Source: an uncultured virus (IMG/VR IMGVR_UViG_3300029787_005093)
Lineage: Duplodnaviria > Heunggongvirae > Uroviricota > Caudoviricetes
Length of the DNA: 64,000 nt
IMG/VR virus record: IMGVR_UViG_3300029787_005093
Reading direction: 5' to 3' (one strand)
Numbering within the stretch: position 1 is the first letter of the stretch; every line of letters begins with the position of its first letter. The position numbers and the translations under genes were made by a program. Below the pieces are notes generated by a model that saw only the letters and a list, made by a program, of their open reading frames with translations, ran no database searches and was not told the origin of the DNA. Positions 36,233 through 45,941 of the stretch are shown here, piece by piece.

Positions 36233-36263
36233 TTTGTGTTTTTAAGTGGTGCTACGACACTAT
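36233..36263 (-). ncRNA. Candidate preQ1-I-like riboswitch in the queD 5' leader
   Basis: AGUG-UCGUAGCAC-CACU stem-loop plus the A-rich tail UAAAAACACAAA abutting the AUG. Confidence 0.45.
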
Positions 36264-36277
36264 AGTCAATAATAATA

Positions 36278-36310
36278 TAAATATAAGAACTTTTTGATTA
36301 ATAAACAACT
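36278..36310 (-). promoter_or_regulatory. Repeated promoter upstream of queD
   Basis: AGTTG-N20-TATATTTA. Confidence 0.7.
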
Positions 36311-36314
36311 ATTA

Positions 36315-36425
36315 CTAAAAGTTTTTATAAGTAAAAGGATCTCTTTTTTTAAGTTCCTTAATTTTCTTTTGATAAGCTTTTTCTCTTTTATAATCAGCGA
36401 TTTTACGCTTTATCCATTTTATCAT
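36315..36425 (-). CDS. Small basic protein (36 aa); not in the ORF track
   Basis: MIKWIKRKIADYKREKAYQKKIKELKKRDPFTYKNF; ATGA overlap with the carbamoyltransferase stop. Confidence 0.55.
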   Translation of the reverse strand: MIKWIKRKIADYKREKAYQKKIKELKKRDPFTYKNF

Positions 36426-38083
36426 TTTTTTAATATTAAATAGTTATCAATTACTAGTGCATCCATTTCACTAGATAAAAATCTTTGCAATGCTCTTTCT
36501 GGTTCCATAGTAATTACTTGATCTTTTAAATTAAAAGAAGTATTTAAAACTACTGGATGACCAGATACAGCTTTCATTTGTTTAAGTAGTTTATAATACT
36601 TAGGATTAAATTTTTTATTAACTGTTTGTACTCTTGCAGTATCATTAACGTGAGTAATTGCTTTTAATTTTTTATTTTTTACTGGGACTACTAAGCTCAT
36701 ATAAGGTGAAGGTTCTTTCATATCAAAATACTTATCGGCTTCTTCTTCAACTATAGAAGGTGCAAATGGTCTAAATCCTTCTCTTTTCTTTATTATAGCA
36801 TTTAGTTTAGTAGTCATATTAGGATCTAAAGGAGTTGCTAAAATACTTCTATTTCCTAATGCTCTTGCTCCAAATTCCATTTTACCTTGAAACCATGATA
36901 CTATCCTTCCGGAATTTATTATTTCTGCTACTCTTTTAAGTAACTTATCTTCTCTTAATTTATAAACTTTAGTTTCATTAATATGATATCTTAAAGCTTC
37001 TTCTACTTTTTCATTATCGTAAGAAGGACCTAAAAAAGGAGAAGTATTATCTCTTCTTATTTTATTATTACTATATAAACATGCTCCTATTGCAGATCCA
37101 GCATCTGAAGGAGCATAAGGTACATGTATAGATTTAAAGTAAGTATATGCTTTTCCATTTGCTACTCCATTATACGCACAACCTCCACTCAAACATAAAT
37201 TTTCTGATTGAGTAAGTTCTTTAGTAATTTTAACTAACTTTAAAAAATATACTTGATATAAAAACTGAACAGTAGCTGCTAAATCTTTATGATCTTGAGT
37301 TAATTCATCTTCTGGTAATCTGTTAGGAAGTTGTAAGATTCTAGATAATCTCTTATTAAACATAATTTGATCTGTATACTCCCAAGGAAAGTATTTTAAA
37401 TCAATTTCAAATCCACCTGGTTTATCAATAAAAACTTGGCCTAACTTATCTAAAAATTTAGTATGATCTCCCCAAGCAGCTAAACCCATAACTTTATACT
37501 CTCCTTCATTAGGTTTAAATCCTAAAAACGAAGTCATAGCTGAGTAGTACATTCCTAATGAGTTAGGAAAGTTAATTTCTTTTAATAAAGTGATATTCTT
37601 TCCAGTACCTTTGCTAATAGTTATTGTCTGCTCTTCTCCTACTCCGTCTACTGTAAGAATTCCTGCATCTTTATACTTTGATGTATAGTAAGAAAATGCT
37701 GCATGAGAGACGTGATGAGGAATATACTTAATCTTACCTTCATAATTAAAATGATGCCTTAGTAAGTATTTTGGATCATTTAATTTAAATTCTTTTTTAA
37801 ATTTTCTTCTAAGGAAAAAAGTCTTAAACCAATGCTTATTAAACATTTTAAGAACTCTTTTTTCTTTATCCTCAGGACGTTCATACCAACAAACTTCATC
37901 TACGTCGTTAATATCTTTAATACCTGCTTCTACTAATGCAAAAGCTATAGCATTAACTGGAAATGATCTGTCATGTTTAGTTTGTGTAAACCTTTCTTCT
38001 TCTGCTGCTGCTATTACTTTACCGTCTATTAATATACAAGCAGCGGAATCATGATAAAATGCTGATATTCCTAATTGTATCAT
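36422..38083 (-). CDS. NodU/CmcH-family carbamoyltransferase
   Basis: YHDSAA, EEERF, HHVSHAA, DGVGE, GEYKVMGLA, EFGARALGNRS, FRPFAP, TARVQTV, LNTSFN. Confidence 0.95.
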   Translation of the reverse strand: MIQLGISAFYHDSAACILIDGKVIAAAEEERFTQTKHDRSFPVNAIAFALVEAGIKDINDVDEVCWYERPEDKEKRVLKMFNKHWFKTFFLRRKFKKEFKLNDPKYLLRHHFNYEGKIKYIPHHVSHAAFSYYTSKYKDAGILTVDGVGEEQTITISKGTGKNITLLKEINFPNSLGMYYSAMTSFLGFKPNEGEYKVMGLAAWGDHTKFLDKLGQVFIDKPGGFEIDLKYFPWEYTDQIMFNKRLSRILQLPNRLPEDELTQDHKDLAATVQFLYQVYFLKLVKITKELTQSENLCLSGGCAYNGVANGKAYTYFKSIHVPYAPSDAGSAIGACLYSNNKIRRDNTSPFLGPSYDNEKVEEALRYHINETKVYKLREDKLLKRVAEIINSGRIVSWFQGKMEFGARALGNRSILATPLDPNMTTKLNAIIKKREGFRPFAPSIVEEEADKYFDMKEPSPYMSLVVPVKNKKLKAITHVNDTARVQTVNKKFNPKYYKLLKQMKAVSGHPVVLNTSFNLKDQVITMEPERALQRFLSSEMDALVIDNYLILKK

Positions 38084-38286
38084 TTTTTTATACCAAATTT
38101 AGAAAATTTATACCAAGTTCGTTCGTGTAGGTAGTAAAGCACCATTTTGGAAAAAACCTCTATTCCCCCTATAGCCAAACCTACTTCCCAAGAACCCGTT
38201 ATTAGTCCTGAAATTATTATTGTATCTAATGTTCCTACTATACGCCATGTAACTGATTTTAATATATGTCTTTTATGTGCAACCAT
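38080..38286 (-). CDS. DUF2061-like small membrane protein
   Basis: KSVTWRIVGT, YYLHERTW. Confidence 0.75.
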   Translation of the reverse strand: MVAHKRHILKSVTWRIVGTLDTIIISGLITGSWEVGLAIGGIEVFSKMVLYYLHERTWYKFSKFGIKK

Positions 38287-38795
38287 TATGTAAGAGTTTT
38301 TTGTTGTTTTACAAATAAACGTTCTTTATGTTTTGGATGTAAAAACTTATTATATAATTCTTTATTATAAATATTTAAATCTCTTAAATAAGGTTCACTA
38401 AGTATATCTTCATAATATAATAAATTTTTATCATATTTCAAACTTAATCCTATTAAAACTTTAGAATGATCTTCAAAATATCTTTTACATTCATTAACTA
38501 CATTACTATCTAAATTATCGTAATATTCTTTATAGTGGTAATGCTTATAGTTATCTTCGTATTTTATTTTTCTAAAAGCTAGTGATTCTGCTTGAGCTTG
38601 TTTATCCTTTCTATCTAATAAAAAAGAATTAGGAAAACGTTTTAAAATATACTCTCCATATTCCCACATATTATCATAATTTTTAGGAAATTGGTGTATA
38701 AGAACTTTTTTAACATTCTCTAAAGGCATTAGTTCTTGCAAATATTTTTCAAATGCAGAAGAACCTGATCTAGCAGAAGCTATTAAGTATTTCAC
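38286..38795 (-). CDS. Sulfotransferase-like protein
   Basis: ARSGSS loop, LDRKD..AQA.S, YYEDI; resembles 1077..1631. Confidence 0.55.
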   Translation of the reverse strand: MKYLIASARSGSSAFEKYLQELMPLENVKKVLIHQFPKNYDNMWEYGEYILKRFPNSFLLDRKDKQAQAESLAFRKIKYEDNYKHYHYKEYYDNLDSNVVNECKRYFEDHSKVLIGLSLKYDKNLLYYEDILSEPYLRDLNIYNKELYNKFLHPKHKERLFVKQQKTLT

Positions 38796-39145
38796 AACTT
38801 ACCTTCTTTTCTCATCTGCTCTCTAATTTTCGTAGCAGATACTTCTTTAATATCAGTTGGAGGTACATGTTCTATAACTTCATACCCAACTCCTCTTCCA
38901 TAATTTATAGATTCGATGTCTGGGATAATAATAATTTTAATTCTACCTTCATGTAATAAATCTTCTAATTCTTTAGAAAGATTCATTAAAATTTCTTGAG
39001 GTGTCCAAGGTTGATTTTCGTCTGGTTCTACATCTCTAATGCATATCAAAACGTTTTTACCTTCTTTTAATCTTTGATCAATTAACCACCGGTGACCTTT
39101 GTGCCAAGGTTGCCAACGACCTATAAACATACTATACTTTTTCAT
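38792..39145 (-). CDS. Small HIGH-family nucleotidyltransferase
   Basis: FIGRWQPWHKGH and VSATKIR motifs. Confidence 0.75.
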   Translation of the reverse strand: MKKYSMFIGRWQPWHKGHRWLIDQRLKEGKNVLICIRDVEPDENQPWTPQEILMNLSKELEDLLHEGRIKIIIIPDIESINYGRGVGYEVIEHVPPTDIKEVSATKIREQMRKEGKL

Positions 39146-39483
39146 AATATTCCTTTATCTCTAATTAAATTCATTCCAATTGCTCTTTCACCTGGGTTTT
39201 TAGGATCCATATCGTTAATTAAGTAACGAGGACCTCTTTCAATACCCATAATTAATTTATCGTAAGGTATATCATTAGTTTCTAATTCCCATTCAGTATG
39301 TACTCTAAGATCATGAGGTCGAGCAGTAGTTAAAATAATCATATGACCTTCACTTTTTCTTTCTCTTAAAAATTTTTTAGAAGATTCAAGTACTTCTACG
39401 TCAGTTTCTAAATAAGTTTCAAATTTTCTATATTTAAAAATAGTACCATCTATATCACAAAAATATGTATTTTTTTTCTCCAT
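39142..39483 (-). CDS. Small HAD-superfamily phosphatase
   Basis: CDIDGT, TTAR, LIND. Confidence 0.75.
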   Translation of the reverse strand: MEKKNTYFCDIDGTIFKYRKFETYLETDVEVLESSKKFLRERKSEGHMIILTTARPHDLRVHTEWELETNDIPYDKLIMGIERGPRYLINDMDPKNPGERAIGMNLIRDKGIL

Positions 39484-39917
39484 TATATTTTAATATTATT
39501 TAGTGATTGTTCTGGTATGTCGTCTGTAGTATTTATACTAGTATATTTTTCTTTAGGTGCTTGATATTCTTTTACATGATAATGTTCTCTTCCTCTTTCA
39601 ACTTTACTGATATCATAATGAACGAAAAATTCTTTTATTGCCCAATCTAAATTAGTTTTAAATTCTTCTCTTTGATCCCTGTAAGGAGATACTAAAGACA
39701 CTATAACATCTTTACCTTGATTATGTAAATAATGAGCTATTTTTTGAGCTGCATCTATATTAGCTCTTCTACCTTTTTCTGAATAATCTTTATTAGCAAA
39801 TAATTCTCTCATTTCATCTCCATCTATTCTGAATGCATGAGGAAGTTTTTTTTCTTTAAATAAGTCAGCTAAGACAGTTTTGCCTGAGCCGGGTTGACCT
39901 GTAAACCAGTATATCAT
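39483..39917 (-). CDS. cysC: Adenylyl-sulfate (APS) kinase
   Basis: WFTGQPGSGKT, IDGDEMR, DYSEKGRRAN, SLVSPY, YQAP. Confidence 0.88.
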   Translation of the reverse strand: MIYWFTGQPGSGKTVLADLFKEKKLPHAFRIDGDEMRELFANKDYSEKGRRANIDAAQKIAHYLHNQGKDVIVSLVSPYRDQREEFKTNLDWAIKEFFVHYDISKVERGREHYHVKEYQAPKEKYTSINTTDDIPEQSLNNIKI

Positions 39918-40477
39918 AATAAACTTTTATTAATTTTTACGTTTGATGCATCAGTAAAAAATACTAATGACTTTCTTTCACCGCTAGTTAATTCTGTAAT
40001 TTGGTGAACTAAATCACTACCCCATAAAACAGTATTCCCTATTTCTCTACTAATAGTTTTTCTAGTATCTAATCGACTATTTTCAACTACTATGTTTCCT
40101 CCTTTATAATCATCTGAATTAGATAGTTGAATACTCATAGTAAAATACCTTTTTTTACCATCTCCGTTAGATACATTATCTTTATGTCTTATAAAATAAT
40201 CTCCTTTTTCATAACTACGAAAACCACCATGAGGTGGGTTAATATATTCTATATCTAATAAAGATTTACTCCATTCTACAACTCTATCAAAAAACCATTT
40301 TGTATCGTCGTTATAGTATTCATATAAATCTTGATACTTTAAAGAACACCCTATTTCGTTATATTTACCTTCCAGCTGGACAGACCAATTTGTCTGAGTT
40401 AAATCAGTACAGTACTTAAGAATTTTATTACACTCTTCTTCAGTAAATAAGATTTTCTCAGACAAATGTCTTTCCAT
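39914..40477 (-). CDS. 2OG-Fe(II) oxygenase (prolyl-4-hydroxylase-like)
   Basis: Y..GDYF..HKD, YKGG, H......GERKSLV. Confidence 0.85.
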   Translation of the reverse strand: MERHLSEKILFTEEECNKILKYCTDLTQTNWSVQLEGKYNEIGCSLKYQDLYEYYNDDTKWFFDRVVEWSKSLLDIEYINPPHGGFRSYEKGDYFIRHKDNVSNGDGKKRYFTMSIQLSNSDDYKGGNIVVENSRLDTRKTISREIGNTVLWGSDLVHQITELTSGERKSLVFFTDASNVKINKSLL

Positions 40478-40483
40478 ATTGCT

Positions 40484-41278
40484 CTATTGTGCGTACTCTG
40501 CAAGTACCTTGGATACTGAAGCTTTTGCTACTTCATAATCCACCGGACCAGTTTCGTCTTCATATTGAACAGGGTCTTTCCTACCCAAAGCAATGAATGC
40601 TTCAATTCGTTCAACAGATGAAGCAGACTTATAATCACTGTTCCCACTAGGAAAAGGCTTATAACTAGTATTAGTTCTAGAATAGACTTCATCGAAATCA
40701 ATATTTAAATTTTTACATAATCCTTCTCCGTCTTTTAAGATACCTAACTTATCAGTATCTAAATAAGGCGTGAAGTAACCAACTCTTTCAGCCTCCCAAT
40801 TACCAATTCTAAAAGCTGCATCATCTGCATCTCTAAATTCTTGTCTACAATCAGGATATACTGCATGATCACCAGCATGTATTCCTAAACAAATATCAAC
40901 ATTTTCTTCTGTATCATTAGCTTTTGATAAAGCTACTGCTTGAGTAATAGAAGCGAACATCTTATTTCTATTAGGTACTACTGTTTCTTTCATATTGTCT
41001 TGCTCATAATGCCCTTCTGGAACGTCATCACCTCCTTGTACTAAAGAAGAATTTAATAAGTCAACTAAACCATCAAGTTTAATCTGCTTATACGTTACAT
41101 TGTGACCTTTACTTGCCAAATAATCTATAAGAGCTTGTGCTCTTTCTAATTCAACTCTATGTTTTTGACCGTAATCAAAAGATAAAGCTGTTACTGAATT
41201 GTACTCAGATAACGCTCTGAGTAAAAGTGTAGAACTATCCATTCCTCCACTTAGCGAAACAACTGCATGTTTATTCAT
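40484..41278 (-). CDS. queC: 7-cyano-7-deazaguanine synthase
   Basis: SGGMDS, FDYGQKH..E, VPNRN, YPDCR. Confidence 0.95.
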   Translation of the reverse strand: MNKHAVVSLSGGMDSSTLLLRALSEYNSVTALSFDYGQKHRVELERAQALIDYLASKGHNVTYKQIKLDGLVDLLNSSLVQGGDDVPEGHYEQDNMKETVVPNRNKMFASITQAVALSKANDTEENVDICLGIHAGDHAVYPDCRQEFRDADDAAFRIGNWEAERVGYFTPYLDTDKLGILKDGEGLCKNLNIDFDEVYSRTNTSYKPFPSGNSDYKSASSVERIEAFIALGRKDPVQYEDETGPVDYEVAKASVSKVLAEYAQ

Positions 41279-41327
41279 AATTAAAAAATATTAAATTTGC
41301 CAGGTATTATGCGTATAGGCTAACGCT

Positions 41328-41630
41328 TTATATTTCTAACTTCATTAAGCTTTTGTTTATTTTTTCCCATTTAGTAAAATACTCTTCTAAAGTACTAAAT
41401 TTAGTTTGATCTTTAAAATCTAGTAATTCTTTCATTACCATTTTTAATGCTCTTCTAAACTGAGAAGGATATCCTAATGTTCTTAGATAAGGAGTATTAT
41501 TTTCTCCTTTAATTACTCTTTCGAATACTGTATATTCGTGATTTTGTGATCTCGTAATAAAATACGGTTCCATAGCAGGATCTTCTATTATTGTATCTCC
41601 ACTAGGTAATGAATCTGGGTTTCTTAACAT
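41328..41630 (-). CDS. Hypothetical protein
   Basis: ORF in operon. Confidence 0.55.
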   Translation of the reverse strand: MLRNPDSLPSGDTIIEDPAMEPYFITRSQNHEYTVFERVIKGENNTPYLRTLGYPSQFRRALKMVMKELLDFKDQTKFSTLEEYFTKWEKINKSLMKLEI

Positions 41631-41633
41631 AAC

Positions 41634-41888
41634 TTACTTATTTATTAAATTTATTAGTTGTTGCTTTTGCAACAATCCTACTTCCTTAGTAATATTATCA
41701 CCATCTATAATTACAGTAAGAGGAATAGATCTTACGCTATACTCTGCTGCTAATCCTGTAGTATCTTTATCAACATCAATTACTATAAATTCTACTCCGT
41801 CTACTTCTTTTTCTACTTCTTCAAAAATAGGAGCATATGCCTTACAAGGACCGCACCAATCTGCTGTGAATCTTATTACTTTTTTCAT
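41634..41888 (-). CDS. trxA: Thioredoxin
   Basis: WCGPC, VRSIP. Confidence 0.92.
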   Translation of the reverse strand: MKKVIRFTADWCGPCKAYAPIFEEVEKEVDGVEFIVIDVDKDTTGLAAEYSVRSIPLTVIIDGDNITKEVGLLQKQQLINLINK

Positions 41889-41893
41889 ATATT

Positions 41894-41926
41894 ATAATAT
41901 AGTGATTTTTTATTGATTTTACAACT
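41894..41926 (-). promoter_or_regulatory. Repeated promoter upstream of the trx-queC operon
   Basis: AGTTG-N20-TATATTAT. Confidence 0.7.
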
Positions 41927-41932
41927 ATTTTA

Positions 41933-43642
41933 CTAGTTTTCTCTTCTTTCTTCAGGTTTATAATACTTTATTCTATCATGCCAAATAGGAGAAGCTAGTA
42001 ATACTGCAGCATGAATATCTCCTTCTACTTGTTTTTGATAAACGTGAGACATCCAAGTTTGTTCATAAGGATGTTTATATTTAATATCTATAAACATTTT
42101 TTTATTTCCTTTTTTACTTACTATTTGTGGCCAGTTAGCATAATAAACTTGACCATCAATATACGATACTCCATCGAAATTTCTTATTTTATTAAAAATA
42201 GTATCAGGTGAATTTTTATCTAATCCCGAAACTGGTAATTGATCATATTCCGGCCAGTCTCTAGTTCTTATATTTTGAGGAACATTATACCAAGCACATT
42301 GTTTATTATTATCCATATAAACTTCAGTAAATGATAATTTTAGAAAATCAAAGTCTTCCAATATCATTATTCTATGTAATTTATCGTATAATTGAGGAAC
42401 ATATCTATTAAATCCATTTCTACATAATCTACCTTGATATTCAGGAGGATTAACTGTCATATCATCTTCAAAAAAGAACATATAATCAGCATCTGATTTA
42501 TGAAAATGTTCAGCTGCATACTGTCTACCTCCGCATATACCTGTATTCTTTTCAAGATCAATATAGTTAAAATTATACTCTAAACATATCTTTTCGTTTT
42601 TAACTTTAGCTTTTTTATCTGTGGAGTTATCTAATAAAAACAAATTAGGTTTTAGTAACCATTCTTTTGCTTTTTCCATAGTCTTTATAGTATGTATAAC
42701 TTGTTCTGGAAAATTAAAAGTTAGCATATATAAATTAGTTTTTACATCATTGAGTTGTTTATCGGTAACTATACGTTTTTCAGTGGCATTCTTTATATCT
42801 ACTTCTTCTAATTCAACTTTATCATTTTCAAGATGATTATACCATTTATAAATGTGTCCTGATTCCTCTAATCCGAATCTTCTATATATTTGAGGAGACG
42901 TATAACTCATAATAGTGAATAAACTCTCTTCAGTCCCCATATACCCTTGGCTTAATGTACTTTCTACTAAACCGTAATACATAGCATTAGCTTCAGATAT
43001 TTGTTTTTTATGTCCTCCAAAGAATCCTCCTCTACAACAATAAGACGGTAATGTCCTACATAATCCTTTCAGTAAATCTGCTTTAAACCCATGAAGTTCA
43101 TCTTGATTTTGATAAGGAAATGATAAAAATAAGAATGGATTACCATAGTCTGCAAATTTTTCAATTATATCTGCTCTAGTTAATAATCTTTTATCTACAG
43201 TCATAGTTAAACCTGCATCAACCCAAAAATAAAACTCAGTTTCAAAAGTATTATATATAGATGCATCGTGAAGAAGAAACATTTTAGACATTACGATAGG
43301 ATTATAATATTCGTAAGTACGTTGAGGTGATTTAGTTAACCAACCATGTTCTCCTGTAATATTAATCCATTCTTCGCTATTTCTAATTCCTTGACATTTA
43401 TCCCAATGAGGAGCAAAATAATTATGTCTAATTCCTTCTAAATCTAAAGTAACTACCTGAGTATTTTTAATATCTCTTATTTCCCATACTATATCATGTA
43501 AGTATTCTGGTAAGAATAGGATAAGATTAGCATCCATTTCCAAAAACTCTTTAAATCTAGGTATATAAATTTCTTCGAAACCTCTATCTTTTCTACCAAT
43601 ATCCCATAACCCGGATACTATTGTTACATTTGATCTACTCAT
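41933..43642 (-). CDS. HtrL/WlaTC-like domain fused to a GT2-like domain
   Basis: TIVSGLWDIGR, FWVDAG, GGFFGG, GTEES; C-terminal LDNS, GICGGR, FFEDD. Confidence 0.7.
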   Translation of the reverse strand: MSRSNVTIVSGLWDIGRKDRGFEEIYIPRFKEFLEMDANLILFLPEYLHDIVWEIRDIKNTQVVTLDLEGIRHNYFAPHWDKCQGIRNSEEWINITGEHGWLTKSPQRTYEYYNPIVMSKMFLLHDASIYNTFETEFYFWVDAGLTMTVDKRLLTRADIIEKFADYGNPFLFLSFPYQNQDELHGFKADLLKGLCRTLPSYCCRGGFFGGHKKQISEANAMYYGLVESTLSQGYMGTEESLFTIMSYTSPQIYRRFGLEESGHIYKWYNHLENDKVELEEVDIKNATEKRIVTDKQLNDVKTNLYMLTFNFPEQVIHTIKTMEKAKEWLLKPNLFLLDNSTDKKAKVKNEKICLEYNFNYIDLEKNTGICGGRQYAAEHFHKSDADYMFFFEDDMTVNPPEYQGRLCRNGFNRYVPQLYDKLHRIMILEDFDFLKLSFTEVYMDNNKQCAWYNVPQNIRTRDWPEYDQLPVSGLDKNSPDTIFNKIRNFDGVSYIDGQVYYANWPQIVSKKGNKKMFIDIKYKHPYEQTWMSHVYQKQVEGDIHAAVLLASPIWHDRIKYYKPEERREN

Positions 43643-43645
43643 CTT

Positions 43646-44299
43646 TTATTGTATTATTACTGGGTGATATCTACCTTCGACTAGGTTTAAGTTATACTGC
43701 TTCGCTGTTTTTATTAATTCTGGTTCAAATATACCGTTTACAAGTTCAGGTTTATAATAAGTGCTGTTTTCCCCAACTAAGTACCCAGGAGAACCTCCAA
43801 GATCTTCTATAAAGTACCTTCCTCCTTTTTTAAGAAATTGTACTAAATTTTTAAAAGTCAGTAATTGGCTTAATGAAAGATGGCTTCCATCATCGATTAT
43901 TATATCATATTCAAAACCTTTTAAATTTTCATAGCATTTTTTCCAATCTGTTGAATCAAATATAAAAGTTTTTAATCTTTCTTCGTCAAATTTACAATCG
44001 GTACCAATATCAATACCGTGTATTGTTGCATTAGGAAAATAATCTCTCCAAGCTCTTAATGAACCTCCTGGTTTGTAATAAGGATACATTGTACGTATAC
44101 CATTAAAGTTATCCGGTACATGTTCAAAGCTTCCGATACCTACTTCTAATACTCTCTTAACTTCCAATCTAGAATCTTTATACAATTCACCGTATGTTAT
44201 ATGGTACTCACTCCAAACTTTATCTGTCCCCCATTTTAACAGTACTTCATCTAAATAAGGATCTATAGATTTACGGTATTCTTTAGTTCTTACTGTCAT
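43646..44299 (-). CDS. Class I SAM-dependent methyltransferase
   Basis: GTDK, LEVGIG, GIDI, DIIIDDGSH, GGRYFIED. Confidence 0.85.
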   Translation of the reverse strand: MTVRTKEYRKSIDPYLDEVLLKWGTDKVWSEYHITYGELYKDSRLEVKRVLEVGIGSFEHVPDNFNGIRTMYPYYKPGGSLRAWRDYFPNATIHGIDIGTDCKFDEERLKTFIFDSTDWKKCYENLKGFEYDIIIDDGSHLSLSQLLTFKNLVQFLKKGGRYFIEDLGGSPGYLVGENSTYYKPELVNGIFEPELIKTAKQYNLNLVEGRYHPVIIQ

Positions 44300-45941
44300 A
44301 CTGATTCGCGTTTTCTAAAGTAATAATCTTCTATTATTAATGCATCTAATTCTTTTCTCCAAAATATATCAAATGCATCTCTTACTGTATTTAATATTGG
44401 TTTACCAGCAACATTAAATGAAGTATTTAATAAAACACCAATACCTGTTTCTTTATCCATTTTAGTTAATATTTCATATAACCATGGATTTTGTTCTGAT
44501 GTTATAGTTTGAACTCTTGCTGTTCCATCAATATGTGTTATTCCAGATAATTTATCTCTGTATTCTTTTCTTACTTTAGGACAAAAAGACATCCACCTAG
44601 CTTCTCCTTCAAATTCAAAATACTTATTTACATCTTCTAGTCTAACTACGGGTGCAAATGGTCTATAGTATTCTCTACCTTTAACTTTTGCATTAAGTAT
44701 ATCTTTCATATCAGGTATTTGAGGATTACATAATACACTTCTATTGCCTAAAGCTCTAGGTCCGTGTTCTGATCTTCCTCTTGCTACTCCTACTATTTTA
44801 CCTTTTACTAAATCTTCTACTACTTTATCATTATCTAAAAAACTACTTAAGCAGTAATGAGCATTTTGAATATATTCTGATATAGTATCAATATCTAATA
44901 ATTTTAGTCCTGAGTAAGTTAAATCAGCTGGTTCCTCTGGTCTTATATTATTCAATAACATTCCTGCTGCTAACCCGCAATCGTTAGGATTTGGTCCTAT
45001 AAAAACTTCTTTATTAAATTCTTCTTTGATTCTTGTATTCAAAATAATATTTAATGCACATCCTCCAGTTAGTATAATCGGATAATCAGGCCAATCCTTC
45101 ATAAAAGGTTTTGCATAAGATAAAAATACTTCTTCCCATGCTTTTTGTACAGAAGCTGCTAAATCTTGACCATCTTTCCCATTAATTCTGTTTTTACTAT
45201 CAAAAACTAATCCAATTTCATCACCTAAAATTGCTAATGGTTTTTGATAAGTTAATCCGTTCATTTGAGTTAAGAAAAATTTAGTTAGAGGTTCTAACCA
45301 TTCTTCTCTAACATTACCATATGATGCTAATCCCATCATCTTTCCTGGGTAGGTTAGGTTACCAGCTGATACGTCTATTTCTTGTCTTATTTCACCTAAA
45401 TAATGTCCGAATAACATGTAAGGTAGTCCTAAATCTAAATATTCATGAGGCGAATCACTAGCAGGATGTGTTACTTGCTTTAATAACTGTAATTCTTTAC
45501 CTCTTTTAGCAAGATAAATATTAANNNNNNNNNNATATTAAAACATCCATCGTTACCTCCTCCATCAAAAGAAAAAATTAATGCTTTATCGTAAGGTGAT
45601 TGATAAAATGCACCGGCAGCATGCGAATGATGATGTTTACAATGTATATAAGTTTTAGCAGGAAAATCTTTTTCTAAATGAAACTTTTCTTCTCCTATAT
45701 TTACATCAGTATTTTGATATAATACATTATCGAATTCACTTACATTAAATTTATCACAAACCCATTTAGATAAAAACTTACTATAAAATAGAATATCATC
45801 AGCTTTAAAAGTTTTATATTGAGAAAGACCTTGATTTTTTTCATTAACAATCCTTTCAAGTTCAGTTACTAAAACAACTTTACCATCTATTTCTACAGCA
45901 AGAGCTGAATTATGAGAACCGTATAATGCTAAATTAATCAT
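44296..45941 (-). CDS. Second NodU/CmcH-family carbamoyltransferase; one gene split only by the N gap
   Basis: N-half: SHNS, ELER, HHHSHAA, DGGG. C-half: GKMMGLA, GPRALGNRS, RPFAP, LNTSFN. The gap flanks share TTAATAT, so merging them restores the frame (CFNIYLAKRG). Confidence 0.85.

Noticed and set aside
45480..45941. Apparent frameshift or pseudogene of the second carbamoyltransferase
   Set aside because: The break coincides with a 10-N scaffold gap whose flanks overlap (TTAATAT); merging them gives one continuous frame
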